Assembly (NCBI GenBank): GCA_002633005.1
Contig: NMRA01000003.1
Coordinates: 1,143,866 to 1,207,865 of the forward strand
Length of the DNA: 64,000 nucleotides
Reading direction: 5' to 3'
DNA from: Phoronis australis
Lineage: Eukaryota; Animalia; Phoronida
Positions 36,101 through 49,700 of this stretch are shown piece by piece. The notes under the pieces are model-generated. The model was given only the letters and a program-made list of their open reading frames with translations. It was not told where the DNA came from and did no database searches. How positions within the stretch are numbered: the stretch's first letter is position 1; each line of letters opens with the position of its first letter. A program made the translations under genes and the position numbers.

Positions 36101-39100
36101 CATATATTCTTGTTGAGAGCACTGCTGACATTGATTTTGGGATGAGTGACTACTGTTGCATCCCCTAATGGCAATTTGGTTTTCTTTCCTTGTGTCTCAA
36201 TTTCTACTAAGTTCCTTCAGTTGATAGATCTTCATCAAATCCGGCATATGAAGTAAACGATAATGCCCATCTTATTTAAGATGGATCCGGTCTTTGTTGT
36301 GTATATTTTTGCCTTGTGTCCCTCTATCCACAAATTGCATGAAGTGTCGTGTTTAAAGTTGGCAGATGTGTTTCTGTTGAGGTGAGGTGAGGATGGCCGA
36401 CTTCAATTTATTTTTATTTATTTATTGATTGTGATATTTATTATGAGGGTGGCCTCTTCAGTGATAGCACTGCTTTCCAAGAGGGCCCTCAATAACAAAA
36501 TATAAAACAGTAATATAATACAATGAAGTAATAAAACAACAGTTAAACGTACGTAACAAAGATACAATTAAAACAGGTTGAGAATTAAGACAATAAATAA
36601 ATGATAAAGAATGGTGAAAATTTAACTAAGAGAGATGAAATAAATAAGAAAAAAATGACATGATTAAGACAGGTAGGGTATAAAAAGACTAGGTAAACTT
36701 TAGCTACTTTTTAATATTAAGTTTGAAGGTATTAATTGAATCAGACTTCTACTGTAGTGCCCCCGAGTGGCAATTTTAATTTTCTTTTCACCTGTCTCAA
36801 TATCTACTGAGTTTGTGATAGATCTTCGTGAAATTTTGCGTATGTGTTCCTATCAAGGAAAGAAGCATCTATCTACTTTGGTGACTCTTAGGGACAAATT
36901 GTCATTGCGTCTGCATTAATGTTTTCCTAGTAAGTTGGTTAAATCTTCACGGAATTTGTCTAATGTGTTCCTAATGAGGAGATCTTGCACAACTGATGTT
37001 GAGTTTTCTGATGCATCCAAGTACTGCGGTAATATTTAAAGAAAAACGAGAAGCTCTTATTTCTTTACCGTTTGCGATGCACGTGGTGGACACATTTCAA
37101 TACTCTTCATTGTTCTTGTCATTTAAGCTGTCAGGTGAAATTTCATTATTGATGTATTTTTTGACAGAAACCCATACTGTAGTCCGACATGGAAGAAACA
37201 TAAGTGCGTTAAACCTTATAAAATTTTGTTAATGTTGTGTGCCGTCTGTTGATTTTCCAGGCTTACTTGGTCGTCAGGTCATGCCAGCGGTGTCAGTAGA
37301 AGATAGTATGACTGAGGATGTGACTGTTGTTGAGGACAACACAGGTATGTTGTAATACCAGGAAGGGACTAAAGCATTAGTACCATCGTGGAACTCCAGT
37401 AAGATTTTCACACACCCATGCGTAGAATTCTCTTATGAATAGTCTGTGCTTGTGGTTATACATTACATATTATTACTAGCGTCACCATTGATGGTTGCTG
37501 CGATGCTATTTCAGAGAACTCTTCACCTAGTAAAGTTATGAAGTTCCATGGCCGCACAGGTCACCCTGTCCTTCCTGGCCTGGGCTCGTATATTTGTCAG
37601 CGCTGTGCAGCCACTTTTGACACCTCAGCTGATCTTGCCAAGCACGTACGTGAGACGCATGTTCGTGAGTTCACCTATACAGGTCGTCGTCCTGGGAGAC
37701 CACGCAAAATCCCTGGCGAGGAGTCTGCCAAACCCAAAGTGATGACTGTCAACTCCAACTACCAGTGCGCCATCTGTGAGTCTGTCTGTCGGTCAGCTGC
37801 TGCTTTGAGGCGCCACGTAAAGCTTCACAATAAGCAAGGCAAGTCTAAGTGTCCTCAGTGTTCTTCAGAGTTTACCGATATCCACATACTTGAAGACCAC
37901 ATGAAGACTGTGCACAAATCGGCTGTTATCACAAAGAAGGTTGAGGTTTTGAAGAAGATGAAGAAGAAGCGACGCCTGGCTGCTGAAGACGAACCTACTC
38001 AACAAGGTGCCGGGGACAATAATGAAACTGCAGTAGTGCCAGGTATGTGTTGTGTGTGTGCAATTTTGTCGTCAATCCTTCTTTAGGCTGTGTGTGAAGG
38101 TGCTCTTTAAGGTTATCTCAAACCTTATTCACAAAAATGGCCATTTTTACAATATTTCACATGTCTAGAAAAATGAATGTCTTCATTCTCGGGGAACTTC
38201 AAATACAAAATATATGTTGCGTAGCGAGAAAAAAGATTTAAGAGAAGCACCTTGTAACAAAGACGAATACGACTTCTGTTTTTTAGAAAGATACCTTACG
38301 TTTTGGAATTGATTTGTCATAGAAACCAAATGAAAAGACTAATTCCTAACAGCGTTTTTAGGTAACTGGTGAAGTTTTCATTTAAAAAAAGTTTCATTAA
38401 AATTGATCGAAGGGTTATTTTGCTATGAATGTACCTTTCTTAAAAATAAAATTTTGACTTAAAAAGGTTTCTTACATAAAAATGATAATGGAACATTAAT
38501 ACAAAAAGTATTTTCATATTCCCTAATCTTTTTTCTTTCAGAAAATATATATTTTTATTAGTTGACAAAGCTTAGTTTTTTTGATATACGAGTTAGAATA
38601 GAGGCCACTTAATAAGGTTGGAGATAACCTTAATTTTGATATAGACATCTATATGTGAACCTCATGAGAAAAATGAAAAAGCAAGTGTGGTGCCATGTGA
38701 GTTCACATAAAGCTGCATTTTGACCTGTTTAACTGGATAAAAATCAAACTGTTTTCAGATTATGTAGTCACTTCTGGGCGTTGATGTTCAGGTTCATGTT
38801 TGACGATGCTTATGTTGACTAGTAATCTATATTTTAACAGAAGTTCAGAATGTGATAAAATGGTGCCATCTAGTCCAAATGTTCAACATGTAGTACACAT
38901 ACAAAACAATCCTGAAAGAGCCCTATGTGGGCTCTCTTGAACCTTGTCTCGGAAAGAGCCCCCGTGAGGGCTTTTCCTCATTGGAGCTCTTTCAGAAATC
39001 ATGTGTACACTTAAAGCAGCATTTGTTTAAAATGTTTGTCAGGACCACTAGATGGTGCTGGTGACGGTGATGATACTGTGACTGACATCAACTCTGTACT

Positions 39101-42100
39101 GAAGAGTCTGAAGAAAGAGGAAAATAAGGTAGATGAGGATGAGGAAAGTGACTCCGATGTTGAAGAAAGGGAACAGAGTGATGAAGAATACAAGCCTGAG
39201 GTAGATCTTGCTTTCTTTTAATGAGGGCTACTGGTATCACAATATCTAGCTCTGTGATCACAAATTAGGAAAACGCAGAGGTGTGGCACAATCAACTGGT
39301 CCGATTCTGACAGAGTTTTTGGGACTCACTTCTGGATTTCTAAGTCAAGGCATCAAGGGCTCTGTTTGAGTGGTTCCAGAGATTGCAGTAGGCATTTGTT
39401 TGAAGACCACCACGTACAGTGCATGTTAGTGAAATTCTTTCTGTCTCCCCTTTAAGTCAAAACAAATAACATAATTGGTCCTGGTTCACATTGAGAAGCC
39501 TGACTCTCACAGTTTAAGGGAAAGGGAGAAGTATTCCAACCCATTTCTGGCGTCAGAGGACTTTTTATTTTTAAAAATGTGGAGAACCTGAATCAATTTT
39601 CAAAACAAACACTGACCAGAATTGATGTTGTCATTTTCTTTGGCCTTAATGTAGAACAGCGTAACATTCGCTTGATGTTGTTTAAGCCATTGTGCTTACA
39701 GTTAAATGGTGTAAATTTTGCTTGTTGCTGTTTCAGCCGTATTACCTGCAAAAGATTGAGCCAAGGAAGCCAGGAACCAGGGGTCGTCCAAGGAAGATTC
39801 GAATTGAGGGCTCATTTGGCTGTTTTCAATGTGGTAAGGTATATGCCACACAAGAATCCCTGGCAAATCATCGATGTTCAGCAAGTCGTACTGAAGGTAA
39901 GACCATGTATGCTGTGACAGAACTTGTATATGGGTCAACACATGGTGTTATTTGAGACTTTTTAAAGTTAAATCAGGATTGAGTTTTCGGTGATTTTGCT
40001 CTTGGACATTCTTCAACAAACATTGAAATTTTGGAAAGTTAACCTAGATTTTTTGTGTCACTGACAAATAAGATTCCCTTCAAACGTCTCGTTGTTGCCA
40101 TACAATGCCTATACGGGCTTCTCATGAGCATTATCCAGCTAATATTCCTAATTTGCATTTCAGGTGAGGAAGGGTCAATGGATGGCCAAGACGTTTATGA
40201 CTGTGAAATCTGTAGCAAAAAGTTCACTAAGCAAGAATACCTTGATCGTCACACTGCCCGCCACAAACGAGTGGAAACAGANGGGCTCATTTGGCTGTTT
40301 TCAATGTGGTAAGGTATATGCCACACAAGAATCCCTGGCAAATCATCGATGTTCAGCAAGTCGTACTGAAGGTAAGACCATGTATGCTGTGACAGAACTT
40401 GTATATGGGTCAACAAATGGTGTTATTTGAGACTTTTTAAAGTTAAATCAGGATTGAGTTTTCGGTGATTTTGCTCTTGGACATTCTTCAACAAACATTG
40501 AAAGTTTGGAAAGTTAACCTAGATTTTTTGTGTCACTGACAAATAAGATTCCCTTCAAACGTCTCGTTGTTGCCATACAATGCCTATACGGGCTTCTCAT
40601 GAGCATTATCCAGCTAATATTCCTAATTTGCATTTCAGGTGAGGAAGTGTCAATGGATGGCCAAGACGTTTATGACTGTGAAATCTGTAGCAAAAAGTTC
40701 ACTAAGCAAGAATACCTTGATCGTCACACTGCCCGCCACAAACGAGTGGAAACAGAATCAAGTGAAAGTAGTACAGCAGAGGGCTCTGAAAACCAGAGTG
40801 AAGCAGTCTCTGAAGTTGAGACAGACATCAATGATCCCGAGTATAAGTGTGATCTGTGTTATGTGATATTTAACAAGGAGAAGTATCTCTATCGCCACAT
40901 GGCTATACACACTGGTGAGTTCACCTGTAAAAATTGTCACGCCTCATTCTCGCGCAAAGCTTCATTGCAGTCTCATCTCATAAAGTGTAACCCTTCACAG
41001 CTCGGCGATGATTCTAACTTCCCTGTATTTGCATGCGAGAAGTGCTTTCGTGTATTTGGCACTCAGCTCAGTTTAGAAAACCACATGATAAAACATTCTG
41101 GAAAATATAAATGTGACAAGTGTGAGCGTAGTTATTCGGTGAAGGAGAACTTTGACAATCACCAGTGTATCATAGAGGACCCCAACGCTCAGTACGAGTG
41201 TTCTCAGTGTGGTAGTGTATTCAAGAAACAAAAGTACTTAATCCGTCATGAAAAGCTACACACAGCCTCGTTTTTGTGCACCCTATGTAGCACCACCTTC
41301 ACCAGAAAGGATGACCTCACTCGGCATTCAGTCGAATGCTTGGGCCAACAGCTACTTGAGCGCGATGGTAAAATACAGTGCCAGTACTGCTCAGAGGAGT
41401 TTGTCCAGCCGGAAGTCTACCGCAACCATGTCGAGTCGCACACGCATCCGTTCCAGTGTCAGAAGTGTAATAAGCGATTCATCAGGAAGACGAACATGGA
41501 GAACCACCAGGAGAGATGTGACAACATCCCTATGCAGGGTCTGCAGTGCACCGAGTGTGGTAAACAATTCCGTGACTCGCGCTATCTGGAACGCCATTTG
41601 ATCACCCATCAAAGCCCACTGCACCAGTGTGAGCACTGCAACAAAAAGTTCTTCCGCCGAGATTACTTGAATGCACACACCTGCAAGAGAAAGGATGGCG
41701 TTGTGCGCACGCGCAAGCGCAGAGAGCATATAGATACTGAAGAAGCCCATGTGTGCTACATATGTGGCAAGTCCTACATCACTAAAAGTAATCTGAACAA
41801 GCACATACTGGTTCACAGTGAGAAGACATTCGCGTGCGATGTGTGCGGCAAGTTGTTCCACCACCAGCATGCCCGTAACCTCCACCGCAGCACTGTTCAC
41901 ACGGACGAGCTCAAGTGTCAGTGTCTACAGTGTGGTAAGATGTTGAAGACGCAGGCCACACTGTATGCTCACATCAAACAGTTCCACTCAGAGAACAACA
42001 TGCTCTTCTCTTGCCAGACTTGTGGCAAACAGTTCAGACAGAAGGGCAACATGATTAAGCACGAGATGATGCACAATGGCAAACGCAGTTTCGTCTGCAA

Positions 42101-44844
42101 CTTCTGCCCAAAGACGTTCAAATACCCAGAGCAGCTCCGTCGGCACGAGCTTGGGCACACTCGGGGCAAGACGTTTGCCTGTAACCACTGTGACCGCAAG
42201 TTTGTGATGGCCTTTGAGTTGAAGAAACATCTGAAAGAGTTCCACAGCGGGGTTGTCTACATGTGCCAGTTTTGCTCGGAGGTTTGTAGGTGGCGCCACA
42301 CAATGCGGCGTCACATCAAGAGGAAACATGAACAGTTTGCAGGACTTCTGGATGATCCTAACTATCTGCGTTCGCTCATGAAGTCTGTGGATGACATAGC
42401 TCAAGGAGGAAGGAAAGTTGTACGGAGACCACCGTCTCCTCCGAAAGACATTACCATTCAGCTACCTGCTGTAAGTATAATCAATTTATAAACGGTATTT
42501 GTTTCAGTTAATTGCATTTGACGATTGGTTAATCTTTGTGACTGCTGAGTCTCAAAGTTGCAGTAGTCCGTCTTGTTTTATGATTATCAGAATTCTTACC
42601 TTCCGCATTGATTGTTCCCCTTACACGGAGGTATAAAATACCTTCACACTGCCAGGTACGACAGGCAGGTCAGCAGCCTCATTTCCGATCCTACGGAGTT
42701 TCACATGTTGGCATCTGTTGTCTGAATACTTTATATTTTATAGCATTGATATTTAAGTCATGCTGCGAAAATATTAGTTTCTTTTATTGTTTCTTCCTTG
42801 TTCTGGGCTTATATAAAGTTGAAAAGTTGGACTTAAACATACTTGAAGGTGCCCAGGCTTAACCATAGATAAAAGATTAAATTTGTTTAGTTGCTGACTT
42901 TCTAAATATCTTCTTCAGGCCATGGCATCCTCTGTTGGTCTTCAAATCCAAGGTATTCAAGGTGACAATGACATTCAGACTGTTCAGAGTTTCCTAGCTG
43001 ACAACGTGGTCTCACAGGAGGCAGCTGAAGCGCTCCAGAGTCTGTCGGCAGGACTGGCTCCTGGACAGAATTTCACAATCATTCAGAATGGGCAGGAGAT
43101 CATGGTAAACGTGACCGGGCCCGATGGAGGAGATGTAGTGGAGCATACAGATGCAATTACACACGAGCTGGCGGGACATGAAGATGGCACACACATGATT
43201 ATGGGTATGTGGTGTGTGACAATTTAAATGGATAATAACGAACTTTTCTTTGATTCATTCAGATCGAAGTTGAATAGTTAGGGTGAGATTCATCCAACAG
43301 GGTCATTGATGTCTGGTTTTAAGACACTGTTAATTATCATATTTGTCTAACAGGCATGCATGCACGCACACAGTAGTAGTTTTCAGTATTTTCTAGGCTA
43401 ATTACTCTTTGTTTTTTGTACACGTAACGACTTTTACAAAAAAACTATTTCTTTCAAAGCTCGTGAATTTTACAGATTAGGAGTATGATGTGACAAATTG
43501 ACTTTCATTCGAAACAGTTTTGACCAAGTATATTGGGAAGATTAACAAACAAGTTCCCTTGGATAGCAGTTTGTAGGCATCCAAAGGAAGCAAAACTAGG
43601 CACAAGGCATAGTGCATTTTGTAATGGAATCATGTGTCGTACTTTGTAGTACACCGTTTCAGACAACTGAACCATGAGTGGCTAGTATTGAAAACAAATT
43701 GTGACATGTCTGTGTAGCGTATACAGAAAATCTCACATGAAAATTACGTTTTGCATTTTCTTTGTAAAAGACAAGTACAGTAGATGTTCAACCAATGTCA
43801 AATTTTGTACTGGAGCTATCGTCATATGTTATTGTGAAGATGATTGTTGACATTGCCGAGATTGATTGTGCTGCTTTATTTTTTGAACTGTTGGTTCCTC
43901 AGATGCTGATGATCCTGATGCGATGGCAGCTATCTCGAATGTAGTGACATCTGGTGGCACTGTTGTAACTGACACTACCGATGGTCAGATCAATTTTTCT
44001 GACATGTCACAGATTGCAGGTAAGTTTAGTCTCAACAAATTTAAAGAAACTATTTGAGAAGACATTTTATAGTCACAATTAGCTATTGACTGTGGGTTGC
44101 ACAAAAGTTGGCTTTCTATCAGAATGCTGCATGACACGAAATTATTACTGCCTAACAACAAGGTGATATGTTGCTGCATGAAATATTGCACCATCTGTTG
44201 GCCAAATTGTGGTTTCGCAGATTTTCAATACACTACTTTTTGTCCACAACCAGAAATTGGTCAACAGATGGTGCAATATTTCATGCAGCAACATATCACC
44301 TTGCCGTTGGTCCATTGGTTGCATTTCGTTAGTAGTTTTGAGTATTTCATTGCGAAACAGTCGAAATTCTGTCGTAAATCTTGATTCGGCAAAGTTATCG
44401 TCATCTTTCAAAGGCCCTCTTGGAAAGCAGTGCTATAACTGAAGAGGCCACCCTCATTTTAAATATCACATTAAATAAAAATAAATAACAAAGCAAACAA
44501 GAAATTGAGCAAATAATGTACGCGTGTGTCATGAGCGTATTGTTTGAAATGAACATTTCACTTATTCATTGATACAGAAGCGCAAGAGATTGTGTTCATT
44601 TTAAACTGCCTTAACAGACAGTGTTGAATATTGGGAGTTGCAAAAGTTTGAGTACAGTTGAGCGTGCTATGTTTTGACATTCACCAGCTGTGTTTTGACA
44701 TTCAGTCATACGCAGCTAGCTAAGTGGGTAACTAGTCATGACTTCTGGTCACTTTCAGGTGTCACTAGTATACAACAGGAGGATGGTAAAGGACAATTCT
44801 TGTTGGTGACGTGGAACCCACCAGAAGGACAGGATGCTCAGTAA
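33141..44844 (+). CDS. PRDM15: PR/SET-domain zinc-finger protein, PRDM15/PRDM10-like (~1264 aa)
   Basis: Phase-consistent GT-AG exons: 33141-33180, 33876-33969, 34627-34789, 35532-35778, 37261-37344, 37515-38042, 39043-39200, 39737-39896, 40639-42470, 42919-43204, 43903-44019, 44759-44844. Zinc knuckle CDFCGGDHDSDQCPELG, PR domain (LSRARLSLPPNL..FGP..CNWMCLV..QNLMAFQ..LRVWYA), two AT-hooks and 22 zinc fingers. The first coding exon is the least certain. Confidence 0.88.
35850..37120 (+). repeat. Intronic copy of the ~145-bp-monomer HINE-like family, opposite orientation to 9430-11340
   Basis: Monomers with CCCTAGTGGCAATTTT, CCCCTAATGGC, GCCCCCGAGTGGC and TCTTCATGAAAT-like motifs. Confidence 0.6.
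36405..36743 (-). mobile_element. 5'-truncated LINE 3' end (L2/CR1-like) inserted in the repeat array
   Basis: A-rich tail and terminal GGCCCTCTTGGAAAGCAGTGCTAT.ACTGAAGAGGCCACCCTC (also at 44412-44460). ORF-end-like DSINTFKLNIKK*, GACTTC direct repeat on both sides. Confidence 0.7.
38111..38629. mobile_element. Non-autonomous DNA transposon, TTAA TSD, GG..CC ends (Kolobok-like)
   Basis: TTAA|GGTTATCTCAAACCTTATT ... AATAAGGTTGGAGATAACC|TTAA (19-bp TIR, 1 mismatch). Confidence 0.85.
39808..40756. repeat. 475-bp tandem duplication around a single N (probable uncollapsed haplotype overlap)
   Basis: 39808-40281 repeats at 40283-40756 with three substitutions seen. N at 40282. Confidence 0.9.
44159..44303. 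repeat. Inverted repeat, ~56-bp arms
   Basis: CAAGGTGATATGTTGCTGCATGAAATATTGCACCATCTGTTG... with its reverse complement at 44248-44303. Confidence 0.9.
44412..44490 (+). mobile_element. LINE/SINE 3' tail, same family as 36405-36743
   Basis: GGCCCTCTTGGAAAGCAGTGCTATAACTGAAGAGGCCACCCTCAT followed by an A-rich tail. Confidence 0.7.
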
Positions 44845-46743
44845 TTCTATTTAGTTCTTAGTCTTCTGGATTCAAAAATTACATTGTAAATATTGCCATA
44901 GAGAATCTGGGCATTCTGTAATCTCACGACTCGGTTTAGGAATTTTCAATTTCTTTGAGTGGTTAAATGTAAATGAAATGTATTCATGTGGAAATCTCAT
45001 CAGTTATACTATATTACAAAGCTTCATTTTCATAAAATGTATTGGTGTGTCCAAAGTTGTAAACAGATCAAGATTACATTATTGCAACCATGTCAATTCC
45101 ATTTTGTAGTCCTATGTAGATCAAACAAATGTGCATAGACTGCAGGTAAACCTTGACCAGTGGATACATGTAATTTAAAGTCCCTCTTGTTAAGCGATTT
45201 CTCAGGGCTTGCAATTTTCCTCTTTGATTTCCAGTTTCCTCTTTTTGCATCTCTTTTTGATCATTATTTTGACCTTGTTCATGCAATGTGTATTTCAGTT
45301 AAGTTTTACACTTGTGAAACAATAAATAACCTGGAAAATTTTCCTTTTTTTGTCATTCGTCATTCCAAGCCCTGATTTCTATAGGATATGCTTAGCCAAT
45401 ATGGTGGTAGTGCAAAGTTTTGCAGAATTTGATAAAATCATTTGACAAAATAGAATCTAATTGTAATTTATTTTGGTGTGTTGACGTGTGGTATTGTGTA
45501 ACCTTAATGAAGTGTTGTTTGTATGGAGCTCATTATGAGTCATAGCATGTAAATGTCAAAATCACCAAGATAGTAGTTGTGTGGGAAAAGCACGTTTAGA
45601 ACATTTTCGTCTAAATGTTTGGAATTGGGAAGTTTGAGACCATCATTTGATTATCACGATTGTAATGCTCAACGAAATCAGCACATTTTTTGTTACGACA
45701 TTGGGAAGCAATTTAATGTGTCAAGTCAAAGGCAAAATATCTGCTACGCATGAGCATGGTTGTTCAGTTATTGTGTTTGTGTGTTTTTACCATTACAGCA
45801 ATGAATGCACTTGTAAAATTTATATTCTTCTCTGTATCCTAATGCCAAACAAACGAAATTTTAATATTCATTTATTTGTAATGATGTGTCAACCCCAGAT
45901 TTCAGATTTCACTCTAATGAGCATATGGTTCGATTATCCACAAGGCTGTTCATAAGCTACAAACATTGTAAAGGTCTTGACGTCGCAGTTTCTCCACTGT
46001 TTGAGTATTTTTATCCCAATGAAGATCACCTTCAAATGCTTTTGATTGAATTTATTTACACACAATTTGTTGAACACTCAACCGTCTATCACTTTGTAAT
46101 CTCACAGGGTTGCTATGGTTACTTAGAAAGGATATAAGTAACCACTCAGCAGTTCTGGAAGAACCAAACAATTAAAACCTGTAATTTTTTTACATCAGTG
46201 ATCCTAAATGCCCGTACGTAATAACTCGACCAACAAATATACAAGTATGTTAAAACAACTGAATACAGTGTGAATATAGCACACAAAATATAAAACCATT
46301 TGATGTCTGTAACAAACGTGTTTGGTTTTCTGCGCATTCTAGAGAGGGTTTGTACAAGCAGAACTAAGGTGGTAGTCACAGTGTATGTCACTGGACAATA
46401 ACTGCAAATCTGTTACCTTAGATGGTATGGGGGCAATTTGAAAACGGTCACCTTAGATTGCACGGGAACAACGTAAAAGATTGCATCAATAACCGCATCA
46501 CCAGTTTAAAACACCACAGTTCTAAATGCAATGTCGACTATGCACTACAAATGCAAATTAATTTAACATGTTTCCTTATGGCACTAGACAACAATCATAT
46601 TTTTATCTCCCGACAGGAATAATTAATAATCAAATAAATTACAATTCAACAAAGATGTATCTACATTCAGTATCGGTGTATGACAAGAATTTTTTATGAA
46701 AATAAGACGCGGATTAAGGTACTTGGTCATTCAGCAGTCACTC

Positions 46744-49700
46744 TCACTCTTTCTTCTGTCTCCCCTTGAAGGTATCCATAATTTTTGTAATTCCAAAGAC
46801 TTCAAACAATAGATAAGTCATTTTCCAAGGCAAAATTCTGAAAAAGAAATCGCAACAGACATGTACTCACAACGAGCAGTAATACGAATTTGACAAAGTT
46901 CATGAGATTTTGTAAAAAAGGTGTATCGTTAATTAGATTTTTCAAAAGCTTTACATGTGCTTTTCATTCCTAAAAGGCACAGACCTGGACTGTGCTTCCA
47001 TCAATTCCTGCCTTTTAGTGTCCCCTCACTAACATCGGACAGTATGCTGACATCAGACGCAGATAAAGGTGAGACACTGAATTTGTTGTCTGTTCATGAT
47101 GTTAGGAGACGCGAATCTACAAAGTTGTCTATTTATAGAAAGTTTTGCTGGTGAGGAGTCGTGTTAGTCTGCGGAGGTTTGTCTAACCTTGATTCTATCA
47201 TTTTAATAAGAAAACTGCTGCCACGTCCCTCATGTTTGACACAAAGAGAAGCATGAGCCACAAACAGAAACGAACAAAAAACAAATGTGTCTTTAAATGA
47301 AGAACACTAGCCAGGTATGTCTCTGTCCTCTTCTTAATGGAAACATATCACCCAGATTTCATGAGGATCCCAAAAGAAATTTGCTACAGATGGAAAAACT
47401 AAAATAAGATGACATCAACAGTCCTTGAAAAGATGACTTGAGTTTTCAGGAAAAAAGGCCATAAAAGAAAATTTAAAGATAAAGAAACGAGTTTTGTGCA
47501 AAAAAGTTCATGTTTATGGAAATTACAACGATCTCTATGAAAAATGAAGATTTCTACAAATATGCAGGCATATGAATAAAAAACATTTGGTGATTCTTTT
47601 TGTGCAAATAACACGATTGTGAGATCAAGGAGTTTAAAAAATGTATGTTTATATGGCTTTACAATTAATACTTAAAATGTTAAATTAATGAAATTTGATT
47701 CCTAATTAGTAAACAAAAGAGTCAAGTTACTTTAAAATGCACATGTGAAGAGAAAGTTTGATGTGTAATTGATGACTTAGATATAAAGTTCAATGCAGCA
47801 TAATATGGAACATCCCCTGAAGGAAAAAGGACAACTATTTTACTAAGAATCGTAACAGCAAGGCAACCATACTCACAGCTTGAGTGGGACTGTAAAGTAA
47901 AGCAGTTTTGGCATCATTAAGATCTCTTGGTCTGTAAGGACAGCATCGACAATACAGTCACTGGCATACTGGGAATCCACAACGGGAAGTAGACGGGGAA
48001 ACCTAAAATCAACATTGCACAGGTTGCACCATATGCACATTCTAAGCCATGCCCCTGTATCCAAAATACTGTTTTTTGAAGGAAAATTGCACTCAACTAG
48101 GCACAAGCACCTAGTTTCACTTACACATACAAGTGGCTGGTTATCTCCTGTATAAGATGAAAATGTCTTAAACTTGGTGCTTGCTTCAGTCTTGTGATCA
48201 GTTAACATGGTTGGTGCACCAGTGCACCATCGGGGGCTAGGGGGGCTATAGCTCCCCACTTTTTTCAGTGCAGTGCCACTCATGGTCTATAGACGGTGCA
48301 CCACCGGGGGGGCTTTAGCCCCCACTTTTTTCAGTGCTGCGCCGCCCATGGTTAATAAAAAATTAACACAGTCATGTTAATGTTTATGGCATTTTGTTAT
48401 GGTTGAGTTTCACTCACATTTGCTTCTTAGCTTCATTTTTAAGAATTTCACATATACCAAGTTCTACATCAAGATGTATATTGAGAACTAGCTATAGGCA
48501 TATGAATACGAGGTATGTGCAAACTATATATAAGCCTACATTAAAACATGAGACAGCTTTGAAAAAAATCACAATTATCAGACAAACATGATATTATGGT
48601 TTCAATGATCATGACCTGTACCGCTGGTGAGCTAGTAGCCATGTCATTTACCCAAGGCAGTCTCCTAAACATTGCTGCTGAAGGAGCAACATGAGAGTAA
48701 CTATTTCAGCAGTTATGACTCAGTAAAGCTAGAAAAGAGCAATATTCTCTTGTGAATGATGTAAAATAAAGCCTCTTTGTTGTGCTTACTTCGTTTTAAT
48801 TCCATCGAACATGCCTGTGTTGATGTAGTACGGGCATACCAGGGTCGTTTGGATTCCAGTTTTGTCCTGAGCCTGTATTTCCATGGTAACTGCTTCATGG
48901 AAACCGACAGCTCCAAACTTGCTAGCGCAATAATCTGACAGACCGCTCACTCCACACAGTCCTGCTGAGCTGGCCACAGTCACTATATGACCATGGTTAC
49001 TGGCCATCATGCTAGGCAAGAAGCTCTTCACAGTCTGGAGGAGATTTTCAATCAGAGTCAACAGAACAAACTCCACACAGTTCTATCACTGATAAGAGAT
49101 CAAACAATTCCAGGCATGCTGGTTTTGTATTTGAAATAAGTCTAAACATCAAATCTGATGTATCATACAACCCACCTCTTAAGCAACCAACCGGGGATGA
49201 TGAAAGTTTAGGCAACCTCTGGCTGTGCCCTCGTCCCCGATAAGGCCAGTAGCATTGAGACAACAGGTAATGTGTACACTGAGCAACCAAGTATAAAAAG
49301 AGTTTTTTTTTCATTTCCTGAATTAGTTGATTTTGTTGGTTGTTGAATTTGATAGGAATATCGCAGTTTAACTGTCTTCCGACTGTCTTACTGGCATTGG
49401 CTGACCCTGGATACAATAAACATGAAACTGAGAAAAGATTAATCACAAGTCATTTGATACTCACCCAGAAGTGTGCCATTGTGTTCACTTCCATGGTTTT
49501 CTGTATTAGACTGTCTGGTGAGTCAAGAAACTTCTTGCCTGTCACTATACCCGCATTGTTAACAAGAATAGTTACATCCCCAACTTCCGACTTCACCTTC
49601 AAGACAAGGACAACAGAGCCTTCAAACATAACGTATAAGCAAGGATGCAAATCAGAGGTCTATTACAACAAAAGACAAATAATAAATTAGAAGTGATTTC

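Noticed and set aside
41248-42404. Overlapping and antisense ORFs within the large zinc-finger exon
   Set aside because: Shadow frames of a GC-richer coding exon, with no recognisable motifs.
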